From NCBI GenBank assembly GCA_002269645.1, contig NIVC01000269.1:670687-734686 (forward strand): DNA of 64,000 nucleotides. The letters are read 5' to 3'. Below the pieces are notes generated by a model. The model was not told the origin of the DNA, searched no databases, and was given only the letters and a program-made list of their open reading frames with translations. The stretch is from Macrostomum lignano. Its lineage: Eukaryota. The stretch's first letter is position 1; every line of letters starts with the position of its first letter. Positions 11,739-23,539 of the stretch are shown piece after piece. The position numbers and the translations under genes were made by a program.

Positions 11739-12601
11739 CGCTTCAGGCTTGCGGGACTAACTAACTAACTAAATAAGTAAACCGGCGCCTCAGCCATTGA
11801 TCAGGCTCTTACGCCACTAGATAAATGTACTTATGTACACTAAGATCCTAATTAGAGCTAATGACAAATGACAAATGACAAAACAAAAACCTCCCCGGGG
11901 GACAGTGACAGCGGTTCGACGAACCAGTCAGGAAGCCCGTGCCCAAAAAACCTGGTTAGTAGACCCCTTTCCAATTAGGGTTGGCCCGAAGGCCGAGAGC
12001 CGTGGCTACCATACTGGGGCCGACCACCCACCACCCCCGGGTACTCAAGCCAAACATAACTAAAACCTCCCCGGGGCCAGAGGGGGGTGAACGAACCAAT
12101 CAGGGAAGCCCGTGCCTTCTCCGGGTTAGATAAGCCAAAAAAACCGGTCATATGACCGCCCCCACGGCCGTGGCAACCCTCGAGGAGCCTCCCCCCCCCA
12201 ACTAGACCCCGGGTACTCTTGCCAGACAGTCTCTTATCTTTGAAGCGGCGGGAGGGCTAATCGCCGGGACTATTTCACCCTTTGCTTCGCCAACCCGCTA
12301 TTTCTATAGTGACCGTGCCAACGGTCTCGTCCTGCTCAGACTCAGTCCTGGTTCTGGCACACTCCAGCTTTAATAGGGTCGCTGGCTGTTCGCTCAGAGG
12401 GCACTCCGAGAGCACCATGCAACTGGAACAGGTATAGGTCTGCCTTCCTATACAGCTACCCACAGCCCTTCCTGATCCACTATTACCCTCCAACCCAGCC
12501 TACTAACTCATTACAAGCTTTCGGCCAGGCAGAGACAAGTTTCACAGGGGTACTGCGGTTAGGCGCCTCTATGCGAGACAAAACGCTTCAGGCTTGCGGG
12601 A
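11739..12601 (-). mobile_element. Short retroposed insertion (LINE/SINE 3' end) with 18-bp target-site duplication
   Basis: cgcttcaggcttgcggga occurs at 11739-11756 and 12584-12601. On the minus strand there is a (TAGT)n tail next to the left TSD and an internal (TGTCATT)n tail-like tract near 11860-11885. Confidence 0.7.
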
Positions 12602-12638
12602 TCAGAAGATGTGATACTTATAGGTTGTTTCCAAGCAG

Positions 12639-13046
12639 GGGTCTCCCTGAAACACGGTCTTCCTAAAACACGCACCGCACCGCCTTCGCACAGCGCTACA
12701 CATTAAAACAAATTTGACTATAACTGAAGACATTTCAAAATGCGTTTTTTGTTAAGCTTCAAGTTTTTATTAAATTTAGTTTTTTACTTTGAAATATAAA
12801 ATTTGGTGAATAATAAGTGATAGTGATAAATAATAATATAAATAAAATAAAATATAATTTAATGATGAAAACGAGATATGAAAAACATTAATATTGTTTA
12901 TAATATTAATTAAAATTAGTTATTCCATTACTCTTACAGCAAATAGTTGTCTCTGCAATCAAATACTGCGTTGACAAAAATTTATAATGTGTTTTATAAT
13001 GTGTGTAGCGGTTCGGGGCGGTGCCGTGCGTGTTTTAGGGAGACCC
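12639..13046. mobile_element. MITE with GGGTCTCCCT.AAACACG TIRs and AT-rich core
   Basis: gggtctccct..aaaacacgcaccgcaccgcc..cgctacacatt pairs with aatgtgtgtagcg..gcggtgccgtgcgtgttttagggagaccc. gtttccaag flanks both sides (12627-12635, 13047-13055), with 3 extra bases on the left. Confidence 0.75.
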
Positions 13047-14004
13047 GTTTCCAAGCCCTAATCATATTTCGATCACGGCTTCATGGAAATTCCGTTGTGT
13101 CATATTTAATAGAATTTGCGTCATAAGCGCACATAAAAAATGCGGTACGAATTCGTGTATATACGTGTATAGTACATATTGTATTAGCTAATAGCTAAAA
13201 GAACTGCAGAATCTCTTTCGTTTAAGGTGTAACATGGGTTGAGCTGTATTGGTGACCATGCAGTCAACTCGTGGTACATCCTCTGCAGCCTTGCTCTAGA
13301 ACACCAAAGAGAGACGCTTAGACCAGCGACGAATGGAGGCGTGCAGATCGACAGACTATCAAGACAGATATTTGCAGACAGACGACATTCGTAGCCACAA
13401 CGGGGATGACAAGGCGGACAATCGCTCTGCGTCTACTAGAGCAGGACTGATGAGACGCGCAAGAGGATGAAGACGAGAAGATATAAAGGAGAGGATTGTT
13501 TTGAAGACTTGTGAAAGGTAATTAATTAAGCGGCTGCGTGTGGCGTGTTTAAGAGTGTTTTTCAATTCGGAGCAACATTTGATTAGCAATTTACATGTTA
13601 ATGTACTCGTGTGGGTTCAGTCGTGGTAACGGAACTGCGTGGCGGCCAGACCGGTGTGTACGGCTGAGAGCGGGGCCCGCCTGTACACTAGTGTTCGATT
13701 ACCGGGAGTTGGCCACGATCGCCAGGGAGCAGAGAGAGAGACAGCGTGTCTTAAATAATAAAGGAAAAGGAGGAAGAAGGGCCGACAGGGATGACGGGCA
13801 GCCAGCGGGCAGCCAGCGCGGGGCAGCCAAGACAACCCACCCCACGACCAGCTAATCACAAGCCTCTGCTGGGGGAGGGGCTCAGGGCAGGGAGACAAAA
13901 TTATTGGACGAAGGCAGAGCGTAGGCCAGCAGGATGAGGCGCAAGCACTAAAATTCAGCCTGATCCACCGGCCGAATCACAATCAGTGGGTGTGGACTAC
14001 TTAA

Positions 14005-16899
14005 AGTAGGACGGGAAACGATCGTTTCTTAGAAAATTTTTAATTAGGATGCAGGTTTTCCGAAAAATGCAATACGTTTTCATTTTTTCAGCACAAAAAT
14101 TGTTATTGCTTTCAATAGGAGGCAGACCCAATGTTCATCTTTTGAAATGTTGTGCCTTTCTATATTAGCTCTGTTGATATTTACGAGCATAAAGCTTTTC
14201 GTTCAGAAAATTAGGATTCTATGTTAAATTTTTTCTAGCACGACGTACGGTTTTTCTGCGAATTGACCACCAGACCGACAACTCGACATCGTCTGCAAAG
14301 TATGATAATGATGATTACGTTGGGTACGTCGTTCTACACACAGGTAACGGAATTTCCACGATTTCAGCAATTTGTCTGCTCTGGCAGTCTGACATAGCCA
14401 GCTGCCTTTCGTTCTGTGGGCCTGCTGGCGACCCCTTGAAAATTCAAGACCGAGTTACCAACGCGGTCCTCTATCGACACGCTGATTGACGGGTTCGTCT
14501 GAGAAAACTACATCCGACGTCGCCGAAAAAAAACCTTTGCTTTAACTTTACATCGACAGATAACGACGTCTTTAACGTGCGTCAGCTGAACGTTCGTGCA
14601 ATGTAAAAGTACATATTTGTCAGCGACATCGATCAATGTCAGAAGCTTCGGCTGACGTCGAATTGATGTACGCGATTTGCTCCAGCTGGTAGACGGGCAC
14701 AATTATCGACGCCAAGGCATCCAAAAGGCGCGCAAGACACGCGCACTTGGCGCTTTGTCGCCTGCCTACTGGCTGCCGCAGGCGCCCCCGAAGCCCATAT
14801 GGAGGCGCACCCCTGCTCCTGTTTAAAGAGACCTTGTATGTTTGCCTGCCAATTTGAACTGCTCGTAATTTATTAATAAGCGCTATATATTAATAAGCGC
14901 TATATCTTCCATATACAAGCACGTAGCTTGTAGAATTCGGATACGTCAGACAAGTCGCTTTAAAGATGATTTAGGCACATCCTGGCCCCCCCCCACTAAT
15001 TTTTGCGCAACCTCACTTCTTCTCCTTTGATTCCTGCGTCCCCGTGAAGACTCATTTGGATAAGTCATCACGATGACTCATGCTCATCGCACAACCCACT
15101 CCGGTCCCACGCGCACCAACCCCAACTCCTGCCTGTTGTTCGAAAACCCTCTCCCCAAGCTTTTTCCTGCCTGTTACGTGATCGATCATAAATATTTTTT
15201 CTCCGCTGCACCCCCCCCCCAATTTCTCGCCCAATCACAGCGCGGCAGAGGGGTGACGGCATCAGGTTTACTTGGTAACGGAGGTCAAGGACAAGTCACG
15301 ACCTTCAATATCATGCATCATGATCACGTGATCATGTGACGCGTGATTTCAGAGCTATAAATAAGAGCTCGTTTTGAGCCCTGAGCTCCAACTTCCCTGA
15401 ACTTCCTTCAACTTTCCATCGTTCCGCTTTAATTGGAACTAGGAACGAGAACGACCACCTTGCCAAGTAGCCCTGCAGCTGCCCGTCGGCCGCATCTGTT
15501 TTGCGTTGCTCTTGGATATAGTCAGCCCACCAGCTCACCAGCTCACCAGCTAAAAGATCGCCCTATGCAAAGTCCGCGTTTCCAGCACTGACTAGACTTT
15601 CCTCTTAATGCCTCACATCGGCCATGTACAGTTGGGGTCCAGAACCTTCGTCTATTTCAGACCGGGAGTCCTGTCTCGTTAAATTAGTGGGAGTCTGTAC
15701 CGGGTGTGCTCCTGCACAGGTGACTGACTAGTTGGAGGCCACGCCTCTGGCGTGAAACCCGCAAATAACAAACAAATGCTGATGGCAGCATACAAGTAGT
15801 ATATCGCCTTCTAGCAAATCATCAAGTCTGCAAGGAGAATTTCATTCTTGCGAGACTTTTAAAGCAGGGGGGGGACACTGTGCCTTCCGTCTTCCCCTTC
15901 CAGCCAGGTCCACCCTATTTCAGCAACCTTTTCGCGCCGGAGCTAGAAATACAAAAGCTCAGTTACTGCCGTGATGGTCAGCTGGGCTGACCATAGACTA
16001 TGGCTAGAATCTTATTGCGCCCCTGCGCAAAGCCTTTCTAGCCGAGAGGGGAGCATTTTGGACTCGGCTTGGACAAATCTAGGGTCGAAAAAAGCAGTTT
16101 CAAAGTGCATTTTACTTAATGCTCTCTAAATCAGCAGTCTGCTCTCAGCAGTGTGTACACACTCGATATAGTATTTGTCATGCTATCTCAGCCTAGAGAC
16201 ATCCAAACTCAGCCAGCCCATCTCGACAGTGCGATTTTTTACGTAAGCCAGTCAAGTTTTACCATAGACGTGCTTCTTGAGGCCATGCTATCTCAGCCTG
16301 GGACATGCAATCTCAGCCACTTTTCAGATGCTATGTCAAGCTGTCCGTGGCTTAGTCTGTGATCGAAGCAAATGAAACAGAATGAGAGCAACAAGCGACG
16401 AAGACGAAGCGAGAAGTGTTTGCAATTGAAATCTATATTGGCTGAGATTGCATGTCCCAGGCTGAGATAGCATGGCCTTAAGAAGCATGTCTATGGTAAA
16501 AGTCGACTAGCTCGAGCCAAAAAAACGCATTGCGGAATGGGACTGGCTGAGTTTGGATGTCTCTAGGCTGAGATAGCATGACAAATACTATACTAGCTAT
16601 AGACACTACGGTTCACTTTAAAATCTGCAAGCAGGCCTTTTTGAAAGAGACAGCACCGCACCACTTAATAAGCACTTAATCCAAGTAGTGCATTATTTTA
16701 CTGAAAATTTCTGCCTCCTATCAAATGCAATAACAATTTTTGCATCATTTTACTGAAAATTTCTGCCTCCTATCAAAAGCAATAACAATTTTTGAGCTGA
16801 AAAAATGAAAACATCCTAACTCCGTACTGTATTTTCATTTTTTCGAAAAAACCTGCCTTCAAAAATTTTCCAAGAAACGAGGTTTCCCGTCCTTCTACT
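14005..16899. mobile_element. Candidate old non-autonomous DNA transposon with ~150-bp imperfect TIRs (Kolobok-like: TTAA then AG)
   Basis: 14005-~14150 (agtaggacgggaaac..tttcagcacaaaaattgttattgc..ataggaggcaga) is the inverse of ~16740-16899. TTAA is on the left only. A partial third copy lies near 35195-35240. Confidence 0.45.
16169..16590. mobile_element. Foldback MITE, ~150-bp TIRs starting TAGTATTTGTCATG, TA duplication
   Basis: 16169-~16320 is the near-perfect inverse of ~16438-16590. TA lies at 16167-16168 and 16591-16592. Confidence 0.85.
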
Positions 16900-17974
16900 C
16901 AAGTCGTCCTTGATAGTAATATTGAAATCACCCATATACATGTAAATAATAGTGCATATAATGTAACATTATATTATATTAATACATATGGGATATCCCT
17001 CAGCTGCACCATTGGGTTAATAAATCCAAGCGTTACTAAATCCAAGCGTTACTAAATTCACATACATGTAGACCCGTTTTCTACGAAACGAAGTTCTTCG
17101 ACGATGGCAGGACAACGTTCCGCTTCGACAGTTAAAATTCTTTCGTTTTTTGGTTCACTTCTCTTGAGGTTCGTTTCTAATAAGAAATCAAGCGTCTAAT
17201 TTCAACCATTGATTCGAGAAAATGTCTTTCAGTAGCCTTACGAATTATCGCTCGAAATCACCAGATTAGCACCCGGTTGAGCCGTTTGTGATGCACGGAA
17301 ATCACACTCACTTGAATGGTAGCTAAGGGTCGGAAACCCCTCAGTCAAACTAAGCTAGGCCCTTAGAAACAAAGCTCAACCGCGAAAAGGCTATAATAAA
17401 AGCAAAGGGACGAAGGGCGTGGTTCGATTCTTAAAATTATCAGATTTTTATCTTAATCTGGCCGAGCTGCTGGATTGTCAGCTGCTCATCCGTGACAAGC
17501 GGCCGGCTGCTAATCGATCAAAGGATCGCGTCTTTGAAAAGCAGCGAGATGCATCAGAAACAAAGACAATAAAAGGCTTCCATGACCTCACTTTGACACT
17601 GACGAACATTTCTTCTTTCATCGCCGAATCTATTTAAAGGACAAAATTTTCTAAATTCAGCTCTGATCTGTGCCCAAGTTTGCACAGCGCGTCTACCCAG
17701 CAAATACCGACATCATGGTGCAGTTTTTCTACGGAAACCGCACTGGTAAGTCAGAATGCGACATTTGACATTTTCAAACAAAATTTTTCAGGCGTTAACT
17801 AATCAACATAGCCTCCGTATGTGGTTGGTTCACATAAAACCTGACACACAGCCAGGATTATTTCTGGTTGGGTGCTTGCTTGTGGGGCACCACTTCATAT
17901 TAGGCTGCGCCATTTTCTCGTATTAAGAAGCGTCATTTAATTTCCTCTAATAAACGCCTCAACGCCCTCTACTT

Positions 17975-18295
17975 ACTTACTTACTACCGAAGGGTGGCCC
18001 TATTGCAAGCCCAAGGTAAAAGAACCAAGGATTAACCCTGGGGGTGCCAGTAGTCGGCAGGTTCGCAGAGGAGGCATCGGCGACCCTCATCCGTTCGGTA
18101 TCTCGAACGAAGGCGCGGAGGTAACGGATGTTGTTCGGGGTGGTCAGCTCGTCCATCCGCTGGGGATGGTCGAGGTACACTGTATTTTTTGCCGCGCCGT
18201 ACTGAAGTAAGGGCAGAAGGTGACGTGATGCTCCGAGGTCTCCTCTTCTATGCCACGGCAAGGACAGGTGGGAGGGCAACCGGTTTGCAACGAAA
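17975..18295 (-). mobile_element. 3' end fragment of an R1/LOA-type LINE with (TAAG)n tail
   Basis: CCHC knuckle [19 protein letters not shown]. Tail appears as cttacttacttac on the + strand at ~17975-17990. Matches the 3' end of the 23.5-26.9 kb LINE. Confidence 0.75.
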
Positions 18296-19014
18296 ATACA
18301 GCAATCAGACCTCGGCCGACGTTCCCGACGTATATCAACGTCGCTGACAAATATGTAATTTACGTGACGTCGAAGGATATCGACGTCATACGTCGACTGA
18401 ACGTCGGTGCAATGTGGTCAGATTGCTCTACGGGAATGAAACAGTAGAACCAAAGACAGGACCCACAATTCCTGGCTACGCTTAGAATTAAAATCATTAA
18501 CAACGGAAGCAGAAAGAGGCTACACTTGCATCTCGGGCACTTTCGCAGCAGGAGCCCGGCTTTCGTTAACTGAATTGTCTATGGTCGAAACAGGAATTTT
18601 AGTTAACGACCAGCCATTAAGCAGTGGTCATTACTGTGAAGTGGAATTTCGATCAATGCTCAAAATACAGTTGTATTATTTATTCAGATGATGTCGCAAA
18701 GATTCGTGTTCTGCATAGCAACCCTTGAAAAATGAGATTTCGCCATAGAATAAGGGCTAAATCGGGCCAACAAAATCTGCAATAGAAAACAGCTACAGAG
18801 ATAGGAAGACTTCACTGAAACTTTGCTTGCTTCGGTAAAATAGCTGGTTGCATTTAGTGACAAAAAACAGCTTGATAAACTTGTGAAGTTCACCTCGAAC
18901 GAACAACATACTTTCAACTGAATTTGAAGTCCAAAAGATTAGATATTATTATGAACTTGCAGGATTTTCGAGTGCACCCGCCTTATACTTTAGTAGTCCA
19001 AGTGCTTAGAACAT

Positions 19015-20553
19015 TTGATTACACGCAATGAGGTGGCTCTCCTACCCATTGAAACAATTACAGCGATTCTGCTGTACTACTTCGGTACAGCCAACCTCAA
19101 CTACTCCATTTACCCGCCCAACTTCGTGGACCGTCTCGTCAGCTTTCGCATTCGCTTTGAGCTGGGACTTCTAATCAAGTTTTTCATGGCCATCATCAAA
19201 AGTGCCGGATACCCAATTGGATTGCTGCTACAAATTCTAACTATTATTTACCTGGTGCGCGGCAACTCGGGCTATTCAAGGTCTGCTCGAAACTGGTTCC
19301 TCATCGTGCTGAGCGCTGACATTAGCAGCATCCTGTACCGGCTGTTCGATCTCATGACGGTCGATTATAACATAACCAACCCGTTTCTAGACGTTGGCCT
19401 TAAAGGAAATTTTGGCCAGTTGTTCATGGCCCTCATGTGGGGCCTGAGGCGTGCTGAGGATGCACACTTGCAAGATGTATTTTGCAAAGTGTTCTTCATT
19501 ATTTTGTACTTTCCAATTCACCTATCGCCAATTGCGCTCACTGTGAGCTCACTGATTCGTTGCTATTGCGTCAAGTTTCCTCTGAGAGCGAAAGCTGTGT
19601 TGACGACTCGAGTGGACAGGTTGCTGATGCTTTTTACCGTGGTGCTGTCACTGGGCATCGCCATCATCATCGGCATGCTGGTTATCGAAGGCTGGTCCAA
19701 CACTCACACCACCGTCCTCACAACTTTGGGCGACAGATATTTCTACGGCGAGTGTATAATTCCTGTCTACAATGCTGTCAATACAGACAGGAACTTGCTT
19801 TTCATCGGCCTGAACTTTATGCTAGCTGTAGTCTTCCTGATCTGCGCGTTCAACATCCTGTCAGCAGTTGCTATCATTATGGTTCTGTTCGAGGCCAAAA
19901 GGAATCGCAAGTCAATGAGCGCTAATGAGAGCACCGACTCAAAAGCCGAGGTTCGAGCCACTGCCATGCTTCTCGGCATGAATGTCACGCTTTTTATCTG
20001 TTTTTTCATGTCCCGCCTTCTAGCGGTTCTGAGCAACAAAGTCAACCTTACTACCCAGCCTATTGAGTGTGAGTAGCAGTTGATTTGAACCTGTTTTGCC
20101 TTGGTCACGTATTTTATAGAAAGATTCTTATCTTTCTACATAATCCATATTTCTAACCCATATGGAATATTAATTGATATTTGAAGGACAGGGACAGCCG
20201 ATCGGGATTGCTGGCTGTCGGGGCCGCGTTAGCCCACCTCTCTATACTAATAGCATAGCAACCTAAGATGAATTGAGAAATGATTTTATTCTTAGTGCAG
20301 AGAAGATACGCACATATTAGAGTTATCAATACATACATTGTTACTAAAACTTTATTGATTAAATTTTGCAGTCCTAGTTTTCGAACGAATGTCATCCTAT
20401 CTGTTCGACATCCCCTACTACACCAACGCTCTGTTTATTGCGGGTTTCACGAGGAAATTTTACGAATTCTACCTGCCGTGTCTGCTCAACAAGGAGATGA
20501 AAACGGCCTCGGCGATCAGCCAGAAGACCATGGAGGAGAGCAAGATGGGCTGA
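19015..20553 (+). CDS. Divergent rhodopsin-like 7TM receptor, paralogue A (exons ~19015-20068 and 20372-20553; 5' end uncertain)
   Basis: Six hydrophobic helices lie in the ORF. A GTGAGT donor at 20069 splices to tttgcAG at 20371, giving in-frame FLVFERMSSYLFDIPYYTNALFIAGFTRKFYEFYLPCL..TGA (20551-20553), which is TM7. The intron position and phase match paralogues B and C. The track start is TTG, so an upstream exon may be missing. Confidence 0.8.
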
Positions 20554-20809
20554 GCTCGGATTGGCTCGTAGCAACTCGTGCGTTTTGAAACTCAAAATTA
20601 AGTCATTCAAAAAAACAAAAAAATTAACAAAAACGGTTTTTAAACACGAGCATAACTAACTGATTATTCAACCTGGAAAATTCATCTGCTTACCCAAACA
20701 AACTACATTTCCTGAAAATCTCGACAGCTTGGGCTCGCTGGAATAAAATTGCAATATAATCTCTGTTAAATTATAGATTTTCTTTATTTGTTGACATTAT
20801 TTGTTTACA

Positions 20810-20884
20810 GGCCATCATAGCTCAGTGGTCTTAGCGCGGCGGCTTACGTTCCAGTGGCCCAGGCTCGATTCCATGTGCAGTCGC
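20810..20884 (+). other. tRNA-derived SINE head / tRNA pseudogene
   Basis: A-box TAGCTCAGTGG and B-box-like GGCTCGATTCC are present at tRNA spacing, but the acceptor stem does not pair. Confidence 0.5.
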
Positions 20885-21074
20885 ATTAATTTAAGGCTAA
20901 ATTGGAATTGGGTCTGCTCGTGCAATTAATATCCTTATGGCAGGTGTCGGCAAACGCAGGCCCCTGGTCGCAAAGCCTCTCTATCTGACCCTCGAGTCCT
21001 TTAAAACTTCACAATAGCAATGTGGCCCGCTCAAGGTTTGTGTCTCTTCTCTTCTCAAATATATCTTCTTTGAC

Positions 21075-21720
21075 CTCTCTCTTCTTATCTCATCTCCTCT
21101 CCTGTCCTCTCCTGTCCTCTCCTGCCCTCTCCTGCCCCCACCTGTACTTTCCTGTCCTCTCCTCCCCTTTCCTCTCCTCTCCTCTCCTCTCCTCTCCTGT
21201 CCTCTCCTGTCCTCTCCTGTCCTCTCCTGTCCTCTCCTGTCCTCTCCTGTCCTCTCCTGTCCTCTCCTGTCCTCTCCTGTCCTCTCCTGTCCTCTCCTGT
21301 CCTCTCCTGTCCTCTCCTGTCCTCTCCTGTCCTCTCCTGTCCTCTCCTGTCCTCTCCTGTCCTCTCCTGTCCTCTCCTGTCCTCTCCTGTCCTCTCCTGT
21401 CCTCTCCTGTCCTCTCCTGTCCTCTCCTGTCCTCTCCTGTCCTCTCCTGTCCTCTCCTGTCCTCTCCTGTCCTCTCCTGTCCTCTCCTGTCCTCTCCTGT
21501 CCTCTCCTGTCCTCTCCTGTCCTCTCCTGTCCTCTCCTGTCCTCTCCTGTCCTCTCCTGTCCTCTCCTGTCCTCTCCTCTCCTCTCCTCTCTTTTCTCCT
21601 CTTCTCTCCTCTTCTATCTTCTCTCTTTTTTTCAACTCTCCTCTCCTCTTGTCTCCCCTCTTCCCCTTTATTCTCCTGCCTCTCCTTTCTCTTTTTTTCT
21701 AAATTTCCTCTCCTCTCACT
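21075..21720. repeat. (CCTCTCCTGT)n 10-bp pyrimidine-rich minisatellite with pyrimidine flanks
   Basis: Pure repeat from ~21195 to 21570. Confidence 0.97.
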
Positions 21721-22746
21721 CAAGGACTACTAGACTTGAAGGACGCAATACTTGCAAATCGTGCAAAATAGTTGAAGGTCGGTAATTAAAATGTCTGTAT
21801 CTCCGAATCGGTTGCATGTAGAAGGTTAATTTTTTCGACAGATTGTTCAGATTTTTGTCCTCTACCAAGTAAGTCAGTTAGTTTAGCTTCCCACTAGATG
21901 TAGATGCAAGAAAATCCTGTACAATGGAGACACTCTATAGTTTCAATAAATAGGCCTACTTATACTTTGCAGGTATACGATCAATAAAAAGAAGTTAGTT
22001 AAAGCAGTTAGGGTTATGACTAGCCTAGCTAGAAATCAAATAGGTCTAGACCTATGAAGTATTTACTACTAGGTTCCCAGTCGATAAACATTTGTCCTTA
22101 GTCATAGGCCTACCTAGCCGGCCTACTAGTCATAAGTAGTGTAAAAACGGTAAATAACAAAAAAATATGACTAAACCACAAAATAATATAATTTGGCTAA
22201 GTGTTTTTGGTTACATACTGCAAAATTTCGGAAATTAATAGCCCTATAGGCTTCTGCAAACAGCACATTATGTTGAAAATCATGCAATTCGTTTATCTCA
22301 CTAATGTATACGAGAACGAAAATCGGCCTTCAAGTATTTTTACACGAATCGAGAGTGTTACGTCCTTATATAACGAAGTGTTTCTAGTGGTCCTTGCTCT
22401 CACTTCCTCTGGCCTTGAGGTAAAAAGTTTGCTAACCCATGCCTTAAGGGATGAGGGCCAACCCCCAACGCAAAGAGAAGCGTACATGACTAGCGATAAA
22501 TAAAGTTAAAATTATTAAAATTAGAAAAAAATAACTTTAGGAATACGAACCAATGCTAGCTAACATCTTCGGACTTTGATAGATGGCCAGGTAGCTAACA
22601 CATAATATTATTGAAGTCCATCAAAATGCCTTCGTCTTTTTATGTATGTACGTCTGTTCACCTGACCGACGGAAGTCTTATTAACATGCATGCACTATAA
22701 GGGAAACTGGGCTCAGACTGGATCAGAAGCTAAATCAAAGAGTTAA

Positions 22747-23080
22747 AACCATGGATTAATAATGTAACTGGATCGCCAAAAGCTCGATTTGTTTGGTCCT
22801 AGCCATAGACAGGCACCAGCATCACAAGAAGCTCATGACGCCATACTTTCACACATAGACAAATAGCAGTTGCAGAAGCTGCAAACCTTGACAAACAAAC
22901 AAACAATAAAAGGCGAAAACAAACATCCAAATGAGTTGCAAGCAAACTTGACAAATGAGAGTCAAGTGAAGACAATAAATTCATGGCGTCATGAGCTTCT
23001 TGTGATGCTGGTGCCTGTCTATGGCTAGGACCACAAAAATCGAGCTTTTGGCGATCCAGTTATATTATTCATCCATGGTT
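22747..23080. mobile_element. MITE with ~95-bp TIRs (AACCATGGAT..)
   Basis: 22747-~22843 is the inverse of ~22982-23080. TTAA/AAAA context at the ends is compatible with piggyBac or Kolobok but not clean. Confidence 0.75.
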
Positions 23081-23539
23081 AAAACCCCAAGACTGCGGGT
23101 GGCCTGCTCTGCAGGTCATGGTCTCATTTCTTTGGTCTGGGGCTCAATTTGCTGCTGATATGTCAAAACATTTCTATTTTGGATGCACTTTAAATTATTT
23201 TCTGTTTTGCAGCCGATTTTTTTGACGATTTTAATAGTTTTGAAATCGAGAACATTCATTATCAAATAGGGCTTGACAGGGATCTGAAAATGCGCGATTC
23301 TTGAGCATCATGGAATTTTTTTAGCATCAGCAACCGCTTTGAAGTAAAACAAATATAGCCAGCTACAAAGAAAGCGATAACCAGTTTAGGGCGTGGCCTT
23401 ATTTAAAAAAAATTTCCAAGCACGAACAACCTAACAAAAACGAATCGACAACAAATAAAAGGCTTCAAGGACTTCCATGATGATTTGCCTATCTAATAGA
23501 GCAGCCCATGTTTGCTGCATAGAAATTTCGATTGCTTTA

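Noticed and set aside
13228-13860. Solo LTR (TGT...ACA, GA-rich)
   Set aside because: No TSD, no second copy and no internal-domain evidence, so too weak to report as a feature.
20810-20884. Functional tRNA gene
   Set aside because: Acceptor and anticodon stems do not pair; only the A/B boxes remain.
21022-21723. Cys/Pro-rich or Arg/Glu-rich proteins
   Set aside because: Translations of the 10-bp minisatellite.
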